Part shown: piece by piece, positions 44,596 to 57,164 of the stretch
Layout of the letters: the number at the start of each line of letters is the position of its first letter
Numbering within the stretch: position 1 is the first letter of the stretch
NCBI GenBank assembly: GCA_964016885.1
Contig: OZ024747.1
Coordinates: 72,230,001 to 72,294,000 of the forward strand
DNA: 64,000 nucleotides
Source: Eledone cirrhosa
Taxonomy: Eukaryota
Direction of reading: 5' to 3'
Made by a program: the position numbers and the translations under genes
Notes under the pieces: model-generated
Told to the model about the DNA's origin: nothing
The model's input: only the letters and a program-made list of their open reading frames with translations
Database searches by the model: none

Positions 44596-46929
44596 CTATA
44601 TATTGGGCTTAAAGTTTTGGAAGGAATGTCTGAAGCGGTGCTGGCAAGTTGCAAACACTTCAGATTTTTTGTTAAGTAGGTTACGGTTAGAGAAGATAAT
44701 ATTGTGGGTCTCTAGTATACAGAGGTTACAAAATTTATTAGGTGGTTTGTACGAGGTCGCACTACCTATCACTTCCCATTTGAGTGTGTAAGGTTTATTT
44801 TTAGTTTTTAGATAGTGTATGTAGCTAGATAGTGAGGTGGAGTTGGCTAGACTGTGCTTTTTGAACGAGTGGATGTGCGAATTATATCTGATTTTGAAGC
44901 AGTTAGAAGTGGAGCCTACATAGGTTTCTGAAGAGTTGCTAGTTGTGACGGTGCATGAGTATATGATATCCTTGGTTAGGCATTTTTTATCTAAAGGGCA
45001 GGTTCTATTAGCTCTACAGTTACAATTATCCTGTGTGTTAGTCTGCTGGTTATAATGCAGTGCAGGAGTCCGGGTGGTAGCTATAGGATTTTGGACATTC
45101 AGGTTGTCGACCCCGGTGTTATTTCTTATACTAGTGTTATTTCTATTATTACTGCCGTTATTATGGTTGCTTGCTACAGAGGTATTTAGAAGGTTTACCT
45201 CCTGTTGTGATTTCGTTTGTTGGAAGTAAGGATTAATTTTACTTTTATTGCTGCTAGCTATGTGGTATGCTAAGTTAGGCGTCGTAGAGTATGAGATTTT
45301 AATAGTGTTTTTGTTTAAGAGGTTATGGTACTTGTGTCCTAGAGGGAAGTTTTTATCTAGTAGTGAGAAGAAAGCCCTAGGTATGTTGGTGGAGACATTT
45401 AGGTTGAAAGGAGGGTTGAAAAATGTATTATTTCTTCTTCTATTTTTGTTTTTAGTGTCTGGTGTGTTGTTTCTTCCTAAGGTACTACGGTAGTTTCCGT
45501 GGTAATGGTTACTTCTGGTGGCACCCTCCGCTTTAGTGTACGTGTGGTTGCTATTCATATTATTAGGTTTCCTCATGGACATATTGTGCGAGATGATGTT
45601 GTAGCTATGCGTTTTCTTAGGTAGGAACTCAATCTCTATATTATGGCCGGATCTAGCTAATGCTTGATTATAATATTGTGAGTTTTTGTTAAATATGTTT
45701 GCGTCATAGGATAGATTAGAGATTCTATTGGATACCCCCTTAGAGATAGAGTTTAATATTGATCTAGGGTGATTAGACTTAGTATCCTCGTAAATGAGTT
45801 TTTCGTTAGGCTTATGGAATGGTGTATATATTTTTGAGTCTAGGTATAGTGTGGCGTCTAGGAAGTTAACATTTTTAGTGTTTTTGTCCATGGTGATACT
45901 AAGGTTAAAGTTTTTGAATGTCTTGTGCAATAGTTTTCTAGTTCTTTCTATATTGAATTTTTTATATTCTATAAGTAGAAGTGCATCATCGCGGTACAAA
46001 CCACCGTTGAGGTAAGGGAGGTCCTTATGGATTTCATTAAGTAGGTATAGGCCGACCAAATCAGTGACCTGCGCCGAGTCACTAGATCCCATGGTTATGT
46101 CGAAGTTGTTGTGCGTATCCTTGCGGGTCCATAGTTGGTCCTCGAAGGTGATTATGGTTTTACGGGCCGCAAGGATGACATCAATCTGGGCTCTAGTCAG
46201 GTCGCTATTGTTCATGGCCATGATTAGTGCCTTATTTAATAGGATAGGGGAAATAGAGGTGTAGTATGAATTGTTATCAAATTAAATAAATTTTCTGTCC
46301 TTATTATTGTTGATATCTTTGAACCATTCAATAACTTCACCCGTATTTCCCCATTGTTTAAGGTGTATTTTGTGTTTAATTTGTGGGATGATTTTATCTA
46401 AAATTTTCTTGCTGATAATACCAATGTCGGACTTGGAAGGGCAGATAAGTCTAATCGAGGGGTTGCTAATGAAGTCCTCCTTATGATCCTTCAGAGAGAA
46501 TCTAGGGGGGTTTGGGGTGTATGGTTGTGTATGCCTCTGAAGTCCTAGTTTAGACACTATATTATATCCCTCTATATTAATATCCTCTAAGTTTTTCAAA
46601 GTGGTTTTCTTGTAGCTTTTATGTAGTTCATTATATATAAACTTTCTATAAGTATTATAATCCAGGCTGTATATGTTATTAGTTTTATCTGCGTGTACAA
46701 TAATTTTATTACTAGTTTTTAATTCATTAATAGAGGTGTTAAGTTTGTTTAAGAAGGTGTTGCTTCTATTATGGTGCTTATTGTATTTAATGTTCTTAAC
46801 TAGTTTTACTAGATCATTTTCGAAGGAGTTAAGTAGTGTGTTATGAGGGGGGCTTTTAAAGGTTTTAAAGCCGAAGGAGTCAAATTTGTTAGTATTATTA
46901 ACATTGTTAGATCTGTTTCTATCATAATG
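44596..46929 (-). pseudogene. PLE RT plus C-terminal GIY-YIG endonuclease; one in-frame TAA at 46282-46284, N-terminus lost
   Basis: LKDHK..F..NPSIRLICP, ITMGSSDSAQV, GLYRDD, VNFLD, FFNPPF, CNCR..CPL..CL, IIY..YVG, CNLC..E, CQH. Confidence 0.92.
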
Positions 46930-47903
46930 TAGCAAGCACTGACCCAGAACTTGCCAGAGATCATTGTGTGTTGAAGTGATTCTGCAATCACCTTGCCTAG
47001 TTCTTTGAGTAGACTGCAATCACAGAGATCATTAATTTAGAATTCTCGCTCGTCGTGTATAATATTCCTTTGTGGCACTCTACGATGGGGGTTAATCACC
47101 ATAATAAGAACACATTCAGCACAACTTAATAGACTACTCTATAGTTAAAACACTTTAAATTTTTAGAAATTTTTTAGAAAGTGCCATAACCATATAAGTT
47201 AGGGTCTATTTTGAGACACAATTTAATAGTTAGTAATAGAAACCACTGAGTTACCTCCCCTCATGCATTAACTCCCCTTAGCCACACACACACTTCCGGG
47301 TAGTATTTCGATGTCGATTCTCGCAACGTAACATCCTCTTGTATTGAGCTAAAGAACGTCAGACTACGATTCTCTAACTGGATTGTCAAACGCCCAATAT
47401 CGAATCGTCGTGGATTATGTGAGGGGCATATAATCTGAAAAATGCGCTCCCCTGACTATGAAAATGTCGCAGTGCATGAAATCCATATCATCGCTTCGCT
47501 ACACATTTCCAATATTTTTAATGCTTACACTATTTTTAATACTTATATTATTTCTCCACACACAGACTATAACAATCATATAAAGAATTCATCACCAGAT
47601 CAACCACCTTAACACTCTCGATTACCTGCTTAAGTGCTTCTATTACACGTAACTCTCTGCCACACTATATAAACAAGACGCACGCGATTGCCACACATAT
47701 AACCTTTGCACTATATAACCGCTTAATTTCATGTTGTATTTTAACCTGTATTTTTGATTGTATCTTTTAATATGAATGTAATCTCTAAGTGTGTACTGCC
47801 ACTCTAAATGCTATAATGAATGTTGACCCACAATATTTGCATATGTATCTGTATGTCTCTTGGGTGAAACGGAGGTCATATAAGTGTTCATTCAATAATA
47901 AAT

Positions 47904-47950
47904 TGCTCCGAAGAATCCAAACCTCGGTTTGGAGGAAACAGTTGTAAGCA
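47904..47950 (+). ncRNA. Mirror copy of the PLE hammerhead
   Basis: Same sequence in the inverted arm. Confidence 0.72.
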
Positions 47951-49834
47951 TAAAAATGTTTTGAACAGTTCTTTGATTCTTATAATTCATATAACTGCTC
48001 TGTAAATCATCTGATGTTTTTAGATTGAGCTATTTAACTTACTGGTAATAAGGTAGTAATATATTACTGCCTACCACTATTTAGGGTTTATAAAAATATA
48101 TATAACTGCAAAAGGTTTTTGTATTTGCATAACCATAAATAGTATAATTAATACTATATATATATATATATATATATATGAGTGTACCTCGTACATATAT
48201 GTGCATCCTCGTTTGTGTCTGTGTTTATGTTCTGAAATCTTGCAATTCGACAAAAAGTTAAGTACCACACTTTTAAAAAAATGTACTGGATCGATATAAT
48301 CTACTTTAAGGCCGTGCCCCAGCATGGCCGTTGTTTAATGTCTGAAACCAGTAAAAAAATTAGAGAATAAGAGGATTAGAGAATTGAAGTATCTATCTGA
48401 TGTTTTCAAAGAAGATGTATTATAATAATTTCTACGTTTGGCACAAGGCCAGCAATCTGAAGGGCATGCGAAACCCGATTAAATTGACCCCAGTGTGTTA
48501 CTGGTATGTTATCTACTACGTAAGGATAAAAGGCAAAACTAACCTCGACATGGTTTGATCTGAGAACGTAAAGGCCCGTAACCATAAGTCGCAAAGCATA
48601 CTATCCGACGCTCTACTGATACTGCCAACCTACCGCCCTTAAATAATATATTCTGATTTTTTTTTGGTGGTGGTGGGCATTAAATCGATGCCAGTGCGTT
48701 ACTGGTACTTTGTTTTATCGACCCTATAAGGATGAAAGGTAAAGCGAACCTCGGCGGGATTTGAACTCAGAACGTAAAGAGCCGTAACTCTATGCCGCCA
48801 AACATGGTGCCCGTTGTTCTATCGATACTACAAAACCACTGCCCTCAACAAACAGATAATAATAAGCACATGAACAATTTCCAACCTTCTCATTAAAATG
48901 CAATATATATAAGAAATGTCATTTACTTTAAAAACACATTATACTTGGCTGCGTCTTTGAAGTTTCCTTAATTAAGACGTATCAATTTAGGTAATTAAAG
49001 CATTATATAATAATTTTAATTAACATTACTTAGTGCTATAGCGTGCATACATATGAATTGGGGTAAATTTAAGATTCATTACCTTTCTTATTAAGCGGTG
49101 ATTCGGCAAAGTCAGTAGAGCGGCGGATAGAATGTGATATAGGTCTAAATAAAAGACGGAGTGGTCATGGCCGGCATGCCACTGGTCAGAGGATTTTGTT
49201 TACTAATTACTTGAATAATCTCAGTTAATTGAAGATTTTTCAACTCAATTATATTGCGTATGTGAAGGCGTGAAGCGTAGAGTTTAAGGTGTTCAGCTGT
49301 GGATCGTATGGTCGTGAGTTCGATTCCCGGCGGCACATTTTGTCCTTGAGAAATACACATTATTTCATGTTACTCTAGTCCACTTTATTGACATAAATGA
49401 TATTGTACCTGTAATTCAAAGTGTCAACCTTGTCACACACTGTGACAATGAATCTTTCTGGCAATTGCGTTAAGAGTAAACGTCTCTGTGGAATACTCAG
49501 CCACGTCGTCTTTTATTTCAACAGGAGGCTGTTCCATTAATAAAACAACTGAAACACTCGTCATCGGAATTGACGGAGATTCATGTGGACTTCAAGCCAC
49601 TTAGGATGAGTGCCTGCAAAATGAGGAGGGGCCTAATCTTACATGAATATAAGGTCATTGATGTTGTCCCGAGTGATCAGAGAAGGCTAAAAGGTATTGG
49701 TGATTTTCAATGGGGTGTTTCTTTCCATCCAGCCAGTATTTATATATATATATATACAGTATGTATATATATATACACACTCACATATATATATATATGC
49801 ACATATATATATACATATATATATATATTCACAC

Positions 49835-49923
<89 letters not shown>

Positions 49924-49928
<5 letters not shown>

Positions 49929-50115
49929 AACGAGTAGGACCCCGACGGCTGAGCTCAAGCCGTTTCGACAGCTAATTCAGTCCAGAATTAGCCGTCGAAA
50001 CGGCTTGAGCTCAGCCGTCGGGGTCCTACTCGTTCCTATTACCCACTCTACTACCCTAAGTATTGAGTACTTTGGTACGTTATGGTCCACCTGGTTCCTT
50101 ACCACATTTCCTTCG

Positions 50116-50118
<3 letters not shown>
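49924..50118 (+). mobile_element. Fold-back PLE-like terminal fragment in (TA)n (family Y, copy 2)
   Basis: Hairpin 49924-50039 with a 6-nt loop; homologous to 19489-19690. Confidence 0.75.
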
Positions 50119-50151
<33 letters not shown>

Positions 50152-50674
50152 GTTAACTGATTAACCCGCGTGTATATTATTTTTTTCCTCCTTTCGTGGA
50201 TCGTGGTTGTCTCCCCTTCCCGCTTAGTGACGCTATAATACTTCCTCAGTCAAAAACTGCTGGAATTTCAAATTTGCCGGTCATTCGATGCGGGAGGGAC
50301 CAACTTAACGGTTCCTTATCCCGTCCTGACCATGAATGCTTTCTTAGAAAAATTGCAATTTCAGATGTCAGAAGTCTTTTTGCATATTTCGAAAAAAACT
50401 AACAAACCGAAAAAATATTTTTTCCCTTTTTTTTTATTTTTCTCGTTCGTTTTTTTTTCGTCTTTTTTTTTTTTGACATTTTTCAATTTCCCCTTTTTTT
50501 TCCTATATTTCTTTTATATTTATTACCTTTTTTTTTACTAATAGAATGAAAAATACATTTCTTTGCACCTTTTCTTAATCTCAATAGAAAACTATTCATT
50601 TCTAATTTCTTCTTCAACTGCAACATCATCATCATCATCATCTTCTTCTCCTTCTCCTCCTTCTTCTTCTTCTT

Positions 50675-50706
<32 letters not shown>

Positions 50707-50904
50707 CCCCCCCCCCATCCTCCTCCTCCGCCTCCTCCTCCTCCTCCTTCTTCTTCTTCTTCTTCTCCCCCCCTCCCCCCCTCCTCCTCCTCCTCCTCCT
50801 TCTTCTTCTTCTTCTTCTTCTTCTTCTGCTTTTTCTTTTTCTCCTCCTCCTCCTCCTCCTCCTCCTCCTCCTCCCCCTCCTCCTCCTCCTCCTCCTCCTC
50901 CTCC

Positions 50905-51265
50905 TTCTTCTTCTTCTTCTTCGCCCACTTATTCCAGAGAGGGTCGCCGGGGGGCAGAGTCCTCAAACACTCCTTCCAGCGGATCCTGTCAGAAGCAACT
51001 GTCTCCAACAGATCCGGCTGGATCACCAAACGAGACCGCCCAATTTTATAGACATCATCCAACTATCTTGTCCAGGGTCTACCCCTGGGTCTCCTGCCAG
51101 TTGGTTTTGCCCGTAAAAATCTGTCCCTCCATTCTAACCGCTTGCCCATAGTATCGGAGCTGTGATCTCTCAATTCTGTCCAGTGATTCTTTCCTGAGAC
51201 ATTCTAACCACATGACTAAATGATCGGGGCTTTGATCTCTTCAATTTGGAGAAGTAGCGGCTCAG
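50905..51265 (-). mobile_element. RTE-clade 3' end fragment (second family) with (GAA)n tail
   Basis: KPTGRRPRGRP..R.LDDVY...DRIRW...LPP, followed by a GAA/GGA microsatellite. Confidence 0.7.
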
Positions 51266-51458
51266 TTTCTCTCTCTCTCTCTCTCTCACGCTCTCTCTCT
51301 CCTCCTCACTCTCTCCGACTCGCTCTCTCTGTCTCTCTCTCTCTCTGTCTGTCTATCTATCTGTCTCTCTGTCTGTCTCATTCTCTCTCTCTCACTCTCT
51401 CACTCAATCTCCCTCAGTTCTCAGTCTCCCTGCTTCACTCTCTTCCTCCTTCTCGCTC

Positions 51459-51498
<40 letters not shown>

Positions 51499-51600
51499 TC
51501 TCTCCCTCTGTCTATCTGACTGTCACTTTCGCTCACTCTCTCCCTCAGTCTCCCTGCTTCCCTCTCTTCCTCCACGCCTATCTTTGTCTCCCCCTCTCTC

Positions 51601-51691
<91 letters not shown>

Positions 51692-51746
51692 CTATCTCTC
51701 TCTCTATCTCCCCCCATCTCTCTCTAAATATATATGCACATATATA

Positions 51747-51808
<62 letters not shown>

Positions 51809-51924
51809 TTATTCCGGGTTGAATCGGAGGTAACCACAGTAAGTAAGGTACTCAATACATAGCAGAGTATAAAAGTTGTAATATATATTATTATATATTA
51901 AAACATATATATATATATAAATAG

Positions 51925-51971
<47 letters not shown>

Positions 51972-52112
51972 AAGATATGTATTGAGAATGGACAGCTGAG
52001 ATTTAGTTAACAAGCACTCGTTGACCTCAGAGTAAACGTGCAGGTTACATAGGAATTGCTTTGGTAGTTTCAGCATTCTTCATCCGTTTCTGTAGATGGT
52101 TCTCTACACACA

Positions 52113-52300
<188 letters not shown>

Positions 52301-52396
52301 GAACAGACTCACAGTGAGACACAGAAATACACTCATATATATATATATATATATATATATGGACGAGTCGGTAAATTTTTTTCAATACATCTATTG

Positions 52397-52487
52397 AGGT
52401 GTGACGCACGTTTCTCGTTCGATCAGCTCAGGGTTCGTTCTGTATCAATCGAGCCCGACTCAGGAATCAAAAGCTCTTCGGACTCCT
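52397..52487 (-). ncRNA. Hammerhead-like motif, CCGAAGA core with long stem II insert
   Basis: AGGAGT-CCGAAGA-(60 nt)-GAA-ACGTGCGT-C-ACACCT; homologous to 54941-55025. Confidence 0.55.
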
Positions 52488-52603
52488 GTTATCGTAATAG
52501 TAGAATGATTCCATTACACTTTTAGTACAATCACAAAATACATACTGGAGACTACGCATCGAGTGGTCACTTTGGTGAACCTACGGTTACTTGACATTAC
52601 GAT

Positions 52604-52667
<64 letters not shown>

Positions 52668-52734
52668 TTCCTGTACACAGCTAAGTATTCTATAAGTCTC
52701 TAGCTGTGTCATTCTCAATGAAAGCACTGGATAT

Positions 52735-52777
52735 GTAGTCCTGAAGATTTCTAACAAGAATGAAACGCGTAGATTAC
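52735..52777 (+). ncRNA. Minimal type-I hammerhead ribozyme
   Basis: GTAGTC-CTGAAGA-T TTCT aaca AGAA T-GAA-ACGCGT-A-GATTAC. Palindromic ACGCGT stem III. Confidence 0.82.
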
Positions 52778-53572
52778 TTCCCTTGCTTTTATCGAGAATC
52801 TAATTGTAATACGTGACGTATTCTATTCTATAGCGATTAGGTCTTCAAAATGTTTAGTATAAACATACAGAATATTTTCGAATATTCTATGTCTATATTC
52901 ACATATATATCGCTATTTCAGAGCATTTATTCCAATATATATATATATATGTGTGTGTGAAAAATATAGGGAGAAGAATACTGCATGGTTGCACATGGAT
53001 AACATGTTATAAAATGAGTCCCTCATCAGTGATTTGCCAACGGTCATTGGTATTTCATTGCATTAAAAATCATATACCTCACGTTGGTGCAATAATAACT
53101 AAAATAAGTTATTAGGACAATTAAAACGCGTAAAGCGAGTGAGACAAGTAAACAAACAGGGGAAAGCTAACCGAAGATAGGAAGAAACACAAGCTACATA
53201 GTTATTCTATCAGTATATATATATGAATAAAATTAGAGCAAGAAGACAGGACTGTCCGTCATCAGTGATCTTCCAGCCATCATCGGTATTTGTTCGCATT
53301 GAAGACCATATACCTCAGGCTGGTGCGAGCAATAACTAAATAAAGTTATTGGGACAATAAATGTCACCAGTTCTTTGAGAAAACAACACCATACATCGGA
53401 GAGGGCATATCAAAGGGCCGGTAATCTTTGTTCCATCGTTATTTTTTTCTGTTTTTCCTATGGAAGCTCTAGCTATCTGATGAGGTCATATATATATATG
53501 GTAATGAGGTAATTATATTGTATTGATTTTTATACATTATATATATATATATATATTAAAATAACAGATTAA

Positions 53573-53623
53573 AGTTTAAGCAAAGAATCGCTGCTTTCAC
53601 CCTTAACGGGATCTTCTGAAACT
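53573..53623 (-). ncRNA. Hammerhead, CAGAAGA variant (copy of 8931-8981) in an inverted island 53557-53771
   Basis: Reverse complement identical to 8931-8981. Confidence 0.65.
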
Positions 53624-53767
53624 AACAAAGTCAATCTGTAAACGCAGAAGTGGATAAACTTTAATCTGTTATTTTAATAAATATTTGCTCCACGGTTCTT
53701 ATATATTTCATATATATTTATCCTAATCGAGCCCTCTTTGGATTTTAGTCTTCAAATTTATTATTAT

Positions 53768-53841
<74 letters not shown>

Positions 53842-54306
53842 GTAACAGGTAAACAGAAATAACAACACAATCGGTACAGTATATGGAAGGAATATATTAG
53901 GTTATCACTTGAAATAGCAAGAAGAGGGTCTTAATGTTTCGGACGATAGTCCTTGATCAGAAGAAAGAATGAGATATAAGATAAATTGAAGGGACTGGCT
54001 GGTTGGAATTGGAAAAAATGTGTTTAGAGAAAATTCACAGGTCCATTTATGATACCATATATATATATATATATATACAAATATAATTTCAGTGAGATCG
54101 AATTTCGGCAGTGGTCGAAAACAAAGCGAAACGCAATTTCTGAGTTATGCGGCAAGCGCTCCATGGACGAAAACAAGACAAGAGCAATAAACATAGGATA
54201 TAGAAGCCAAACAAACTGAGAGTGGCGGTCAAGAACCCCCCAGACACCTAAGCCAAAGAAAAAACGAAGCAAGCTAAATAGGTCAAACAAAAGAATATAT
54301 ATATAT

Positions 54307-54645
54307 ATATACGATATTAAACAAATGGAAACTATATTTATAAAACCATATTTATTTCATTATACATATTTCAGGGATACCATATTAAAAATATGGCATG
54401 CCTTCGTCAGATAAAATACAATATATAACCAGTTTTATAAATAATTTTGACGTACCATAAATATAGCGACCATTAAGGTAGGAAGCTATATTTATGGTAC
54501 GTCAAAATTATTTATAAAACTGGTTATATATTGTATTTTATCTGACAAAGGCATGCCATATTTTTAATATGGTATCCCTGAAATATGTATAATGAAATAA
54601 ATATGGTTTTATAAATATAGTTTCCATTTGTTTAATATCGTATAT
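54307..54645. repeat. 161-bp-arm fold-back carrying CTGACGA...GAAA cores (family X)
   Basis: Arms 54307-54467 and 54485-54645. Homologous segments at 60590-60695, 62660-62782 and 63265-63320(-). Confidence 0.85.
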
Positions 54646-54727
54646 CTACTCCAAAAACTTGTCGAGTGCTTTATATCAGTTATAAAATATTTACTTGTTG
54701 CAACCCAACAATTTTAAATAAAACTTT

Positions 54728-54784
<57 letters not shown>

Positions 54785-54940
54785 AGGGAGTGTGTGTAAC
54801 GGGGCGTTACTGTAGGTTCACCCGGGAGAACACTCGATGTTTAGGTTCACTTCAGTGTCGAGGTGTAGAGCTATACAGAGTTTATTATAGTGAAAAGATA
54901 ACAAGGACGATTGGTTACTCCTTCATTACATTTATTGGTT

Positions 54941-55025
54941 GGTAACGCGCGTTTCGCCACTGTTCAGCTCAAGGTTCGATCTGTATCGATCTTACCCGAC
55001 TCTGTAATCTGCGGCTCGTCGGACC
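54941..55025 (-). ncRNA. Hammerhead-like motif, CCGACGA core with long stem II insert
   Basis: GGT-CCGACGA-GCCGC..(50 nt)..GTGGC-GAA-ACGCGCGT-T-ACC. Confidence 0.62.
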
Positions 55026-55185
55026 CCTTGTAATATATATATATATATTTAAAAGTTAAACAAGGTTCAATGAATAAATCAAAGAATGAGTTTTACAATA
55101 GATTGGAAGCACTCAACGGTGATGGTTTTCCAGAGTTATTAATAATTTCCAGAGTTATTAATATTAATATATAACCATACACATC

Positions 55186-55225
55186 CCGAACTGAAGATCC
55201 GCGAAGGTGAAACAATTGTTGTCGG
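55186..55225 (+). ncRNA. Hammerhead-like motif
   Basis: CCGAa-CTGAAGA-T CC gcgaa GG T-GAA-ACAATTGT-T-gTCGG. The downstream 60 bp (55262-55323) are repeated at 42981-43042. Confidence 0.55.
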
Positions 55226-55319
55226 TATGGTGAACTAACTGTTGTGTAACCACTTCTACTTAACTCGTCCCTTAGACTGAGTGCTCTACCACTACGGATA
55301 TTACCTTCCAGTGTTCCAC

Positions 55320-55387
<68 letters not shown>

Positions 55388-55489
55388 TTATATATGTATA
55401 ACTATATATATGTCATAGATGCATACACACACATTCATATATATATATATATATATATCGATATCTATATCCATCTATCTATGTATATA

Positions 55490-55576
<87 letters not shown>

Positions 55577-55577
<1 letters not shown>

Positions 55578-55763
55578 GTTATTCCGGGTTGAATCGGAGG
55601 TAACCACAGTAAGTAAGGTACTCAATACATAGTAGAGTATAAACGTTTTTAATATAGATGAGATTCTACAGGACTAGAACTGTTTCATTCTTTAGAAATC
55701 ATCAGGATTCCTGACGATTTCTAAAGAATGAAACACTTCTAGTCCTGTAGAATCTCATCTATA

Positions 55764-55767
<4 letters not shown>
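55577..55767 (-). mobile_element. Fold-back PLE-like fragment with hammerhead core at the hairpin tip
   Basis: Arms 55649-55707 and 55709-55767, each with CTGA(T/C)GA-tttctaaagaat-GAAAC. The 3' part is repeated at 51808-51875. Confidence 0.72.
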
Positions 55768-55816
<49 letters not shown>

Positions 55817-56158
55817 AGGCATGGACATGACAGAGTAGGAAGGGAAGAAGGCAGCCGTGTGTATAACACATGGCATGACATATAACCTGTCAGGACTGTA
55901 AAGAAGACATCAACAAGACTAAGGATGCTACGACTGTACGTGATTCGTTCGGAATGTTTGGCTAATCACGTTGGTTCCATTAATCCAGGTAACATCACTC
56001 ATCTTAAAGGTCACTCTGGTCAAATATACAATATATAGATCAGTGTTTATGTATGTATGTATGTATGTATGTATGTATGTATGTATGTATGTATGTATGT
56101 ATGTATGTATGTATGTATGTATGTATGTATGTGTGTGTATACATGTATGTATGTATAT

Positions 56159-56212
<54 letters not shown>

Positions 56213-56332
56213 GCAATTACACACCTACTTACTCATACACACACATTTATATATATATGTATATAAAATATAAATATAGATATACACAGAGGCACGTAAC
56301 CCTCACTTATACACACGCACATATATACACTG

Positions 56333-56430
<98 letters not shown>

Positions 56431-56528
56431 TATATGTATATATATATATATATATATATGTACATATATGTATATATATATATATATATATATGTACATA
56501 TATGTATATATATATATATATATGTACA

Positions 56529-56598
<70 letters not shown>

Positions 56599-57164
56599 GT
56601 TGAAAAGGTAACACAACTAGAAAGAGAGAGAGAGAGAGAGAGATAGTGTGCCATCAATAAAACAGGGAAAACCACCAGTGTATGGAATCTATAATCTATG
56701 GAAGGCAGGGTAGACACACAGTAAATAAAAATATAAATTAAAATGTATATACGTACCTCTATAACTATATAACACACACGTACAAACCCAAAGAGATCTG
56801 GAATAGCCTATGGTTCATCAGCGCGTGCAAGGCCATACATTCCAGACAACTCTAAGAGAATCTAAAGCGACCGTCCAGTTACACGCGACAGAGAGATGTC
56901 ACAGTGTGTTTAGGGCAGTGAACCAGTGGTATCTGAGGGACCAGCTGCTAGAAAGGGCAGCCCAAAAACCAATCAAAGAAGTGTGCTCAACTAAACAGAG
57001 AGAGAGGAAAGACTGTTATAAGGAGCGAAATATCACGATAAATTAACGGAGCCATAGACTCTCGTTATTCCCTGTCAATAATGTGCTTTAAAATGAATAT
57101 CCCTTTTGCTTATAAATAGCTCATTTAATATTGAGCACTTTAAACTATAACTGATTGCAAAATA

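Larger units (their letters stand above)
43074..47993 (-). mobile_element. Penelope-like element (Naiad-like), 5'-truncated, with 1068-bp inverted terminal repeats
   Basis: Arms 43074-44141 and 46926-47993 are near-identical reverse complements enclosing an RT/GIY-YIG ORF. The left end abuts (TA)n. Confidence 0.92.

Noticed and set aside
46930-47019. N-terminus of the 46282-47019 ORF
   Set aside because: These codons lie in the inverted 3' UTR copy and are not native protein sequence.
53020-53360. Two CTGATGA motifs (minus strand) in a ~105-bp direct duplication
   Set aside because: No stem II-GAAA follows, so they are not counted as ribozymes.
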